Shown in pieces: positions 24,693-32,000 of a DNA stretch of 32,000 nucleotides (its first letter is position 1; every line of letters starts with the position of its first letter). The notes under the pieces were generated by a model, which was not told the origin of the DNA, ran no database searches, and was given only the letters and a program-made list of their open reading frames with translations. The stretch lies in assembly GCF_000284115.1 (NCBI RefSeq), contig NC_017080.1, positions 570,001 to 602,000 of the forward strand. The letters are read 5' to 3'. The position numbers and the translations under genes were made by a program. This DNA comes from Phycisphaera mikurensis NBRC 102666. GTDB taxonomy: Bacteria > Planctomycetota > Phycisphaerae > Phycisphaerales > Phycisphaeraceae.

Positions 24693-24800
24693 AGCGGGCG
24701 TGCGGGCCGGGGAGCCGGGTTCCCGCGGACCGTCGACGTTTTCGGACGCTCGGGCTCGCGGTCCGCGGGTGCCCGGCGGCCGCGAGCCGATGGGGCGTGC

Positions 24801-25373
24801 GTGAACCCCGCAGCCGCATCCCGCGTCCGACCGCGCCGCGGCGTCGCCTGCGGGCTGGCGTTGCTGCTGGCCACGCTGCCGGGCTGTGAGGCCGTCAACG
24901 GCTTCTACTTCGGCCTGGAAGAGGACGTCGACGCGTTCGTCGGCGGGCTCGACGCCGCGGGCGAGCGCTTCCTCCCCCACGGGCCACGCCCGCCGCGGGA
25001 GGCCCGCCGGGCGGACCGCACGCGTGTCCGCTTCGAGCCCCAGCCGGACGCGGAGGGCAGCACCCGGCCGGCCGCGGGCGAGCGGGACCTGCGCCCGGGG
25101 CCGGGTTCCCGCGGCCTCGCCCGCGGCGTCTCCCGCGCGCCGGGGGCCGCTCCCGCCGCCGCCACCGCCGGTGGAACGCCGACCGCGGCGGAGGAGGACG
25201 TGCGGACGCCTCCGGCGCAACGCGTGCGGCCGCCGGCGGGCCGCCCGTCCGCTCCGCCCGCCGCCCCCGCGGAGGTGGCCTGGCCCCCGCGGCCGGACCA
25301 CGACCCGCCCCGGCACTTCCAGCTCGTGAACGACCCGCCGCCGGCCGCGTGGCGGCACGCCGCCGCGCCCTGA
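24801..25373 (+). CDS. Pro/Arg-rich putative lipoprotein
   Basis: GTG start. The sequence ACGLALLLATLPGCEA is a lipobox-like signal (L-P-G-C). The remainder is low-complexity. Confidence 0.5.
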   Translation: MNPAAASRVRPRRGVACGLALLLATLPGCEAVNGFYFGLEEDVDAFVGGLDAAGERFLPHGPRPPREARRADRTRVRFEPQPDAEGSTRPAAGERDLRPGPGSRGLARGVSRAPGAAPAAATAGGTPTAAEEDVRTPPAQRVRPPAGRPSAPPAAPAEVAWPPRPDHDPPRHFQLVNDPPPAAWRHAAAP

Positions 25374-25449
25374 CCGGGGGCGGGCGGCCGCCGCTTGGGA
25401 TCCAAGGCCCGGCACCGGGGTGCTCGCTGCAACCGCCCGCCCGCGGGCG

Positions 25450-26469
25450 TCATCCCGCGTCGGGGGCCGCCGCGGGCGGGCCCTCCCGCGGCAGGCGGAT
25501 CTGGAACGACGTCCCGCGGCCCGGCTCGCTGTCGACCGTCAGCGTCCCGCCGTGGAGCTCGACGATGCGGCGGGAGGTGGGCAGGCCCAGGCCGGTTCCG
25601 CCGCGGCGGCCGGAGTGGTAGGGCTCGAAGATGCGCTCCAGCGCGTCCGCGGCGATGCCCGGGCCGTTGTCGATGACCTCCAGGAGGACGCTCCGGGCGT
25701 CCGCGGGGTCGTCGCCGGTCCGCACGAGCAGCTCCCGCGCGGCGGCGGGGCCCTCCGCGCCGCGGCCGCCGCCGGGTGCCATCGCCTGCACCGCATTCAT
25801 CAGGAGGTTCAGGAGCGCCTGCTTCAGGAGCGCCCCGTCCGCGCGCAGCGGCCGGCCGCGGTTGCCGGGGTCGGTCCGCAGCCGCACCCCCCGCGCCTCG
25901 GCCTCGGGGTGGAAGAAGTCGACCAGCTCACCGACGACCCGGTCGGGATCGGTCGCGTTCAGGTCGAGCCGGATGCGGCCGGCGAAGCGGAGGAAGTCGT
26001 CGAGGATGTCGCGGAGGCGGGCGGTCTCGCGGTGGACGCCGTCGAGGCGCCGCTGGATGCGCTGCAGGCCGGCGAGGGCCTCGTCGCCGCCGGCCACGCC
26101 GCCCCCCGACGCGAGCAACCCGCCGACCTGGGCGACGTCCTCGCGGAGCAGCTGGACGTTGAGCCCGATGGTCGAAAGCGGATTCTTGATCTCGTGCGCC
26201 AGGCCGCCGGTCATGCGGCCGACCTCCGCGAGCCGGCGGTCGAGCCGGGCGCTGTCGCAGCGCGGGCCGCCGGCGCCGGCGGCTTCGGGCGCGGCGTTGC
26301 CGGGCCGCTCCGGCTCGGCGCGGGTTGCCGCCGCCGCCGCGGATCCCCCCGCCGGCGCAGACGCCCCGCGGCGGCGGAGGCGGGGCGTGAGGCACGCCCC
26401 CGCCGCCGCCCCGGCCGCAAACGCCGCGGCCAGCGCCGCCAGCGCAATCGGGAGAGCGAGATCCGCCAT
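25450..26469 (-). CDS. Sensor histidine kinase (HisKA plus HATPase_c), single N-terminal TM
   Basis: H-box GGLAHEIKNPLSTI, N-box LLNLLMNAVQAM, G1 DNGPGI and G2 GTGLGL are present. The start was chosen at MADLALPIALAALAAAFAAGAAAG (ATG 26469). No response regulator is adjacent. Confidence 0.85.
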   Translation of the reverse strand: MADLALPIALAALAAAFAAGAAAGACLTPRLRRRGASAPAGGSAAAAATRAEPERPGNAAPEAAGAGGPRCDSARLDRRLAEVGRMTGGLAHEIKNPLSTIGLNVQLLREDVAQVGGLLASGGGVAGGDEALAGLQRIQRRLDGVHRETARLRDILDDFLRFAGRIRLDLNATDPDRVVGELVDFFHPEAEARGVRLRTDPGNRGRPLRADGALLKQALLNLLMNAVQAMAPGGGRGAEGPAAARELLVRTGDDPADARSVLLEVIDNGPGIAADALERIFEPYHSGRRGGTGLGLPTSRRIVELHGGTLTVDSEPGRGTSFQIRLPREGPPAAAPDAG

Positions 26470-26603
26470 GGGGCGTAAGGTAGAAACGGCCCGCGTCCGG
26501 CCGCTCGCGGGCCGGCCGCGCCGCCGGTGCACGCACCCGCCGGCCGGCGTCTCGCCCCCTTCTGGCCCGGCTCCCGCCGCTTCTCTCCCCTCGCCCGCCG
26601 TTC

Positions 26604-28091
26604 ATGGCCCCGCCCCCGACCGCCCGATCGCTCACCCGCTGGCGTCCGCTGGACACGCTCTCGGTGGGCGGCTGGACGATCCTCGTCATCGCCGCGCTGA
26701 GCTCGGTCGCCATCGCGGCCTGGCCGGTGGCCACCCGCGACGGGCTGCAGATGTGGATCTTCGCGAAGAACCACCAGGTGCTCTACGAGCCGATGTTTGC
26801 CGAGCGGAACCTCCGGGCCGCCGAGGATCCCGACCAGGAGGCGGTGGTCTCGACGCTGCTCGACGGCTCGGCGATGCTGCGCCGCTTGCTCGCGGGCTTC
26901 TGGGGCGACACGCCGCTGCCGGACATGGTCGAGGTGGAGACCAACATGATGTCGCGCTTCACCAGCGGCCCGCTGGAGAGCATGGGCTTCGTGGACCTCA
27001 CCGACCGCCTCCGAGCGGAGGGGCTCGACGAGCGGATCAACCCGCCGTCGTTCACCCCCTGGACGACCCGCGGGCGGATCTTCGGGATCCCGCACGACGT
27101 GCACCCCACGGCGCTGGCCTACCGCGCCGACCTCTTCGCCGAGGCCGGCATCGACGTGGACGCGATCGAGACCTGGGACGACTTCGAGCGGCTGACCCAG
27201 CCGCTGCTCGCCGACGACGACGGCGACGGCGAGCCGGACCACTACCCGCTCGCGATCTGGTACAGCGACATCGGCACGATCGAGACGCTGCTCTTCCAGG
27301 CCGACGGCGGGTACTTCAGGCCCGACGGGACCCCGGCGCTGGACCGCGCGGCGAACGCGAGCGTCGTGGCGCGGGTGGTCGGCTGGTGCTTCGGCGAGGA
27401 CCGCATCGCCATCGACGCGCCCAAGTTCACCTTCTCGGGCAACCAGCTGAAGCTGCAGGGCCGGGTGGCTTGCGAGATCATGCCCGACTGGCTCATCGGC
27501 GTCTGGAAGCGCGAGCTGCCCGGGCTCGGGGGCAAGTTCAAGCTGATGCCGCTGCCGGCGTGGGAGCCCGGCGGCCGGCGGATCAGCGTGATGGGCGGCA
27601 CGATGCTCGGCTTCCCGAAGCGGACGCTTCGCAGCCGCGGCGATGGATCCGGCGAGCCGAGCTTCGAGGCCGCCTGGTCCTTCGCGATGGACCTGTACTT
27701 CGATCGCGACTACGCCCAGCGGCTCTACGAGAGCACCAGCATCATCTCCCCGCTCACCGACCTCTGGAGCGAGTCCTTCTACCACGAGCCCGACCCCTTC
27801 TTCGGCGGCCAGCGGGTCGGCACGCTGCTGCTCGGGCTGGCCCCCGACGTGCCCGCGCGGGTGCCCTCGCCCTTCATCGAGGCGGCGCGGCTGCGGATGA
27901 CCGAGGTGCTCGGCGCCGTGTACCGCCACGCCGAGGCCACGGGCGCCCACGACGCGGCCACGCTGGAGCCGCTGGCGATGGAGCTGCTCGCGGAGGCGCA
28001 AGCCCGGCTGGCGGAGGAGATGAGCCGCAACGTGTTCCTGCAGGCCGGCGCCGCCGGACCCGCCGCCGCCGCGGGAGGAGCCGTCCCTTGA
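26604..28091 (+). CDS. ABC transporter extracellular solute-binding protein (family 1, sugar type)
   Basis: 495 aa with an N-terminal TM anchor (WTILVIAALSSVAIAAW). GIPHDVHPTALAYRADLFAEAGIDVDAIETWDDFERL is a typical SBP_bac_1 block. Two permease genes follow. Confidence 0.8.
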   Translation: MAPPPTARSLTRWRPLDTLSVGGWTILVIAALSSVAIAAWPVATRDGLQMWIFAKNHQVLYEPMFAERNLRAAEDPDQEAVVSTLLDGSAMLRRLLAGFWGDTPLPDMVEVETNMMSRFTSGPLESMGFVDLTDRLRAEGLDERINPPSFTPWTTRGRIFGIPHDVHPTALAYRADLFAEAGIDVDAIETWDDFERLTQPLLADDDGDGEPDHYPLAIWYSDIGTIETLLFQADGGYFRPDGTPALDRAANASVVARVVGWCFGEDRIAIDAPKFTFSGNQLKLQGRVACEIMPDWLIGVWKRELPGLGGKFKLMPLPAWEPGGRRISVMGGTMLGFPKRTLRSRGDGSGEPSFEAAWSFAMDLYFDRDYAQRLYESTSIISPLTDLWSESFYHEPDPFFGGQRVGTLLLGLAPDVPARVPSPFIEAARLRMTEVLGAVYRHAEATGAHDAATLEPLAMELLAEAQARLAEEMSRNVFLQAGAAGPAAAAGGAVP

Positions 28092-29089
28092 GCGAGGCCT
28101 CTCCCCCCGGTTCCGCGGGCGGCGGCCCGGTCGCCGCGACGCCGACGGCGGTCGGCGTCGCGGCCGAGCCGGCGGCCGCGGCGGCGCCGGCCCGCAGAAG
28201 CCGCTCCACCGCCTGGGCCGGCTACTTCTTCGTGGCGCCGTTCGTGCTCCTCTTCGGGGTCTTCATCCTCTACCCGCTGGCGTCGTCGCTGCTGCTGGTG
28301 ACCCAGCAGACCAGCGGGCCCAACGACCGCGTCTACGTGGGCCTGGCGAACTTCGGCTGGCTGCTCTCCGACCCCGAGTTCCACCTCGCGGTGAAGAACT
28401 CGCTGCTCTTCACGCTCGGCTCGGTGGGGCTGCAGATCCCCGCGGCGTTGGGCTTGGCGATCCTGCTCAACCGGCCCGGGCTCCGGGGCCGCTCGGTCTT
28501 CCGGCTGATCTTCTTCGCGCCGATCCTGGTCGGCCTCGCCTTCGTGGCGGTGCTGTTCAGCCTCATCTTCGAGAAGAACACCGGGCTCCTGAACATCCTG
28601 CTCCACGGCCTCTCCGACTTCGTGCCCGGGTGGACGCACAGCATCGAGTTCCCCTGGCTGCAGGAGTACGGGCTGTGGGCGATCATCCTCGCGGCCTTCT
28701 GGCTGTCGACCGGCTACCACATGATCTACTTCCTCGCGGCGTTGCAGAACGTGAGCCGCGACCTGCTCGAGGCCGCCGAGATCGACGGCGCCGGCGCCTG
28801 GTCGCGCTTCGTGCACGTGACGGTGCCGGCGATCCGGCCCATCGCGACGTTCATCATCCTGCTCTCGTTCATCGGCAGCGTGCAGCTCTTCGAGCTGCCC
28901 TTCCTCCTGCTCGGACCCGGCGGCGGCCAGGAGGGCCGCGGCCTGACGGTGGTGATGTACCTCTACAACAAGGGCTTCGACGTCGGCGACCTGGGGATGA
29001 GCAGCACCGTGGGCTGGGTGATCTCGCTGTTCCTGCTGCTGGCCGCCGCGGCCCAGAAGCTGCTCGGCGACGCGGGGGGGCGGCGGTGA
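28088..29089 (+). CDS. ABC sugar transporter permease (MalF/UgpA-like)
   Basis: A TTG start at 28088 overlaps the SBP stop codon (TTGA). WAGYFFVAPFVLLFGVFILYPL is the typical N-terminus, and the EAA loop is LLEAAEIDGAGAWSRFVHVTVPAIRP. It forms the tail of a spurious 1152-aa track ORF. Confidence 0.85.
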   Translation: MSEASPPGSAGGGPVAATPTAVGVAAEPAAAAAPARRSRSTAWAGYFFVAPFVLLFGVFILYPLASSLLLVTQQTSGPNDRVYVGLANFGWLLSDPEFHLAVKNSLLFTLGSVGLQIPAALGLAILLNRPGLRGRSVFRLIFFAPILVGLAFVAVLFSLIFEKNTGLLNILLHGLSDFVPGWTHSIEFPWLQEYGLWAIILAAFWLSTGYHMIYFLAALQNVSRDLLEAAEIDGAGAWSRFVHVTVPAIRPIATFIILLSFIGSVQLFELPFLLLGPGGGQEGRGLTVVMYLYNKGFDVGDLGMSSTVGWVISLFLLLAAAAQKLLGDAGGRR

Positions 29090-30045
29090 GCCCGGCCCGC
29101 ACCCCCGGCCCCCGCGTCCCGCCGGCCGGCGCCCCCGGCTCGCTCCCGGAGGCGTCGCCGCCCCCCGCTGCGCCGCCGCACGACCCGCGGGCGGCCCGGG
29201 ACCGCTGGGTGCTCGCGCTGGTTTACGCGGTGCTTTCGGTGGCGGCGGTCGTCACGCTGATCCCCTTCGCGTACCTGATCTTCTCGTCGTTCAAGACCGA
29301 GGGCAGCTTCAGCTCCGGGCCCTTCTGGCCGGTGGGCGGCGGCGGGCCCTTCGACGTCGACTGGAGCGGCTTCACGCTCGACAACTACGCGAAGCTCTTC
29401 GGCGAGGCGAACGTCTTCCGGGCGATCGTCAACTCCTTCTTCTACGCGTCGGTCTCGGCGGTGCTCGGCACCCTGGGGGCGGCGATGGGCGGCTATGCGC
29501 TGGCGAAGCACCGCTTCGTCGGCCGCGGCGTCATCGATTCGGTGGTCCTGCTGGCGCTGGTGATCCCCGGCGCCCTGCTGATCGCGCCGGGGTACCAGCT
29601 GCTCTACCAGCTCGGCCTGCTGGACACCTACGCGGGGCTCATCCTCCCCGGCGTGGCCCCCGCGTTCGGCGTGTACCTCTTCCGGCAGGCGATGATCACC
29701 AGCCTGCCCGACGAGATGATCGAGGCGGCCCGGATCGATGGCTGCGGCGAGATCCGCATCTTCTTCATCATGGCGCTGCCGATGGTCCGCCCGATGATCG
29801 GCGCCTTCCTCCTGCTCACCTTCCTGGGGGCCTGGAACAACTTCATCGCCCCGCAGATCATCCTCGCCAGCCCCGAGAAGTTCCCCCTCTCGGTGTTCAT
29901 CGCGCAGCTCAAGGGCGTGTACGGGACGGACTACGGGCTGCTCACCGCGGGCACGCTGGTGGCGATCCTGCCGATCCTCGTGCTCTTCCTGCTGCTGCAA
30001 AAGGAGTTCATCAGCGGGCTGACCTCCGGCGCCGTGAAGGGCTGA
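29086..30045 (+). CDS. ABC sugar transporter permease (MalG/UgpE-like)
   Basis: A GTG start at 29086 overlaps the upstream TGA (GTGA). The EAA loop is MIEAARIDGCGEIRIFFIMALPMVRP, and the C-terminal LPILVLFLLLQKEFISGLTSGAVKG is typical. Confidence 0.85.
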   Translation: MSPARTPGPRVPPAGAPGSLPEASPPPAAPPHDPRAARDRWVLALVYAVLSVAAVVTLIPFAYLIFSSFKTEGSFSSGPFWPVGGGGPFDVDWSGFTLDNYAKLFGEANVFRAIVNSFFYASVSAVLGTLGAAMGGYALAKHRFVGRGVIDSVVLLALVIPGALLIAPGYQLLYQLGLLDTYAGLILPGVAPAFGVYLFRQAMITSLPDEMIEAARIDGCGEIRIFFIMALPMVRPMIGAFLLLTFLGAWNNFIAPQIILASPEKFPLSVFIAQLKGVYGTDYGLLTAGTLVAILPILVLFLLLQKEFISGLTSGAVKG

Positions 30046-30098
30046 GGCCGCGAGACGCCGGCCCGAAGAGGCGGTGGGCGACCGCGTAACCTCCGCCG

Positions 30099-32000
30099 AT
30101 GCACGCGGCCCTCGATTGGCTTCTGGGCCTCGGCGGCGGGCTGTCGACCCGCGAGGGCGGCCTGGAGCTCCAGGCGGCGCTGCCGGCTTGGGCCTGGGTG
30201 GCGGTGGTCGCGGCGGCGGCGGGGCTGGGCGTGCTGGCCTACCGCCGGGTGCCCGGCGCGGCCGCGCCGCGGGCCTTGGCCGCGGCCCTGCGGGCCCTCG
30301 CGCTGCTCGCGGTGGTCGTGCTGCTCTGCGGCCCGAGCTGGATCCAGCGGCGCGAGAAGGTGGAGCCGGACCGGGTCGTGCTGCTGATCGACCGCTCGGC
30401 GTCGCTGCTGACCGAGGACGCGGAGGCGCCGGCGTCGCTGGGTCTCGGCGACCGGGCCGATCCCGCGAGCGAGGCCCGCCGCTCGCGCGACGCGGCGCTG
30501 CGGGAGCGGCTTGCCGCGGACGGCCCGGCGATCGCGGCGTTGGAGGGCCCGCGGCGGCGGGTGCGGTGGCTGGGCTTCGGCGGCGGCGTCTTCCCGCTGC
30601 AGGGCGGAAGCGGGGGCGGGGGCGTGCCGGATCCGGGGCCGGCGGAGCGGGAGGCGACCGGCGTGCTCGCGGCGGTGCTCGAGGCGGCGGCGGACCCTTC
30701 GGGCGCGCCGGTGGCGGCGGTGATCCTGATGTCCGACGGGCGCAGCCGCGAGGCCATCGGGCCGGCCGCGGAGGCGCGGCTGGCGGAGGCGGGCGTGCCG
30801 GTCTTCGCCGTGCCGCTGGGCCCGGGCGGGGCCGCGCCCGACGCGTCGGTCGGACCCGTGGCCGCGCCGCCGCGGGCCTTCCGCGGCGACCGCGTGCCCG
30901 TGAGCGTGGAGGTGCAGGGGCTGGCGAGCGTCCCGCCGGGCGCGGGGGTGGTGGTGCGGTTGCTCGAGCCGGCGCCCGGCGGCGCGGACGCGGCGCCGGC
31001 GGTGCTCGACGAGCGGCGGGTCGACGCGGCTTCGCTCGCCGCGGCCGGCGGACGCGTCCGGCTGCGGGGCCGGGCCGCCGAGCCGGGCCGGCGGGCGTGG
31101 GAGGTGCGGGTCGAGCCTCTCGACGGCGAGCGGAACACCGCGAACAACCACCGGCCCGTCGCCGTGGAGGTGCTCGACCGGCCGCTCCGGGTGCTCTACG
31201 CCGAGGGCCCGCCGCGGTGGGAGTACCGGTACCTCAAGAACCTGCTGCTGCGGGAGGCCTCCGTCGAGGTGAGCGTGCTGCTGTTCTCGGCGGACGCCGG
31301 CTTCGCGCCCGAGGGCGATGCACGCATCGGCCGCTTCCCGGTCGACGCCGCCGAGCTCGCGGCCTACGACGTGGTGGTGGTCGGCGACGTCGAGCCGGGC
31401 TACCTCTCCGAGGCGCAGGAGCGGCTGATCGTCGACCGCGTGAGCGACGGCGGGGCGGGCGTGCTGTTCATCGGCGGGCCGCGGCGGATGCCGGCGGCCT
31501 GGGCGGGCCGCCCGCTCGCGGCGCTGCTGCCGCTGGCCGATCCGGGTGCGGTGACGCGGGCGCCCGGCGAGGCCTTCGGCGTCCGCACCGGCCCGCTCGC
31601 GGAGTCGCTCGCCGTGCTGGACCTCGTGGGGGACGATGCCGCGGACCGCGAGGGGCTTCCGGCCCGCGAGGCCGCGGTCCGCGGCGTGCTGCCGCTGCCG
31701 GAGCTGCGGTACGCGCAGCGGCTCGGGCCGCTCAAGCCGCTGGCGGAGACGCTCGCCAGCTGGCAGCGGGTGGGGGACGGGTCCGGCTCCGGCGACGCAC
31801 CGGCCTCCGGCCCGCTGGTCGTGCGGATGCGGGCCGGGGCGGGGCAGGTGCTGTACACCGGCACCGACGACGCCTGGGCGTGGCGGCGCGGCGTGGGCGA
31901 ACGCTACCCGGAGCGGTACTTCCTGCAGATGATCCGGCTGCTCGGCCGCGGCGTCGCCGGCACCGGCGACGGGCCCGCGGAGCTCGCCGTCGCCGACCGG
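30099..32000 (+). CDS. Large membrane protein with a vWA-like domain and a GATase1-like (DUF1355/BatA-type) region; 3' end beyond the window
   Basis: My translation from ATG 30099 gives MHAALDWLLGLGGG..., two TM segments, then VVLLIDRSASL ... VILMSDGRS ... GVPVFAVPLG (a vWA/MIDAS-like pattern). Later comes VLYAEGPPRWEYRYLKNLLLRE...YDVVVVGDVEP...AGVLFIGG. It is open to the window end and therefore absent from the ORF track. Confidence 0.7.
   Translation, partial: MHAALDWLLGLGGGLSTREGGLELQAALPAWAWVAVVAAAAGLGVLAYRRVPGAAAPRALAAALRALALLAVVVLLCGPSWIQRREKVEPDRVVLLIDRSASLLTEDAEAPASLGLGDRADPASEARRSRDAALRERLAADGPAIAALEGPRRRVRWLGFGGGVFPLQGGSGGGGVPDPGPAEREATGVLAAVLEAAADPSGAPVAAVILMSDGRSREAIGPAAEARLAEAGVPVFAVPLGPGGAAPDASVGPVAAPPRAFRGDRVPVSVEVQGLASVPPGAGVVVRLLEPAPGGADAAPAVLDERRVDAASLAAAGGRVRLRGRAAEPGRRAWEVRVEPLDGERNTANNHRPVAVEVLDRPLRVLYAEGPPRWEYRYLKNLLLREASVEVSVLLFSADAGFAPEGDARIGRFPVDAAELAAYDVVVVGDVEPGYLSEAQERLIVDRVSDGGAGVLFIGGPRRMPAAWAGRPLAALLPLADPGAVTRAPGEAFGVRTGPLAESLAVLDLVGDDAADREGLPAREAAVRGVLPLPELRYAQRLGPLKPLAETLASWQRVGDGSGSGDAPASGPLVVRMRAGAGQVLYTGTDDAWAWRRGVGERYPERYFLQMIRLLGRGVAGTGDGPAELAVADR

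Noticed and set aside
25631-28087. Upstream 820 aa or so of the 1152-aa track ORF ending at 29089
   Set aside because: Only the last 333 aa or so are permease-like. The upstream part is low-complexity and overlaps the well-supported histidine kinase (minus strand) and binding-protein (other frame) genes. A TTG start at 28088, coupled to the SBP stop codon, explains the real gene.
1-32000. tRNA, rRNA or other structured RNA genes
   Set aside because: I saw no T-loop-like GGTTCGAATCC-type motifs and no rRNA-like conserved blocks. The intergenic spaces outside the accessory locus are short. A covariance-model scan (tRNAscan-SE or Infernal) would be needed to exclude small RNAs.

Overview
Very GC-rich window (about 70% or more by eye, with long spurious ORFs on both strands). 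The abundance of sulfatase and giant-exoprotein genes and an N-terminal LEPLEQRILLS motif suggest a Planctomycetota (Phycisphaerae-like) chromosome; that placement is inference.

Core genes. On the left are a CBM-like lipoprotein (partial), a sulfatase, and yicC, secG and tpiA. On the right are a minus-strand operon (HEAT-like protein, membrane protein, CYTH/CyaB-like protein, TPR-YggX fusion), a DUF2617-like gene, a lipoprotein, an orphan histidine kinase, a sugar-type ABC importer (binding protein plus two permeases, translationally coupled) and a vWA/BatA-like membrane protein (partial).

Accessory locus (about 4.8-20.3 kb), the main point of interest.
- A 2195-aa exoprotein carries LamG, PKD-like, delta-60 beta-propeller and thrombospondin-type-3 Ca-binding repeats. 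It ends in a lower-GC C-terminal module with a PD-(D/E)xK-like motif, and a 203-aa ORF overlaps its stop codon (GTGA). I read this pair as a polymorphic toxin and its immunity protein.
- Downstream lie two further start-less C-terminal tips, each followed by a tightly coupled unknown ORF (orphan toxin/immunity-like cassettes).
- These cassettes are interleaved with two intact tandem copies and one 3' remnant of an IS200/RAYT-like HUH (Y1) transposase.
- Each transposase copy has a near-identical hairpin-rich right end that terminates in REP-like and microsatellite arrays. In two of the three copies the array abuts an orphan tip directly.
- An IS256-family transposase sits inside one REP cluster.
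- Inverted GGAAA(A)GGTGACAGCCAC repeats bracket the roughly 8-kb island.

No rRNA, tRNA or CRISPR array was recognised.
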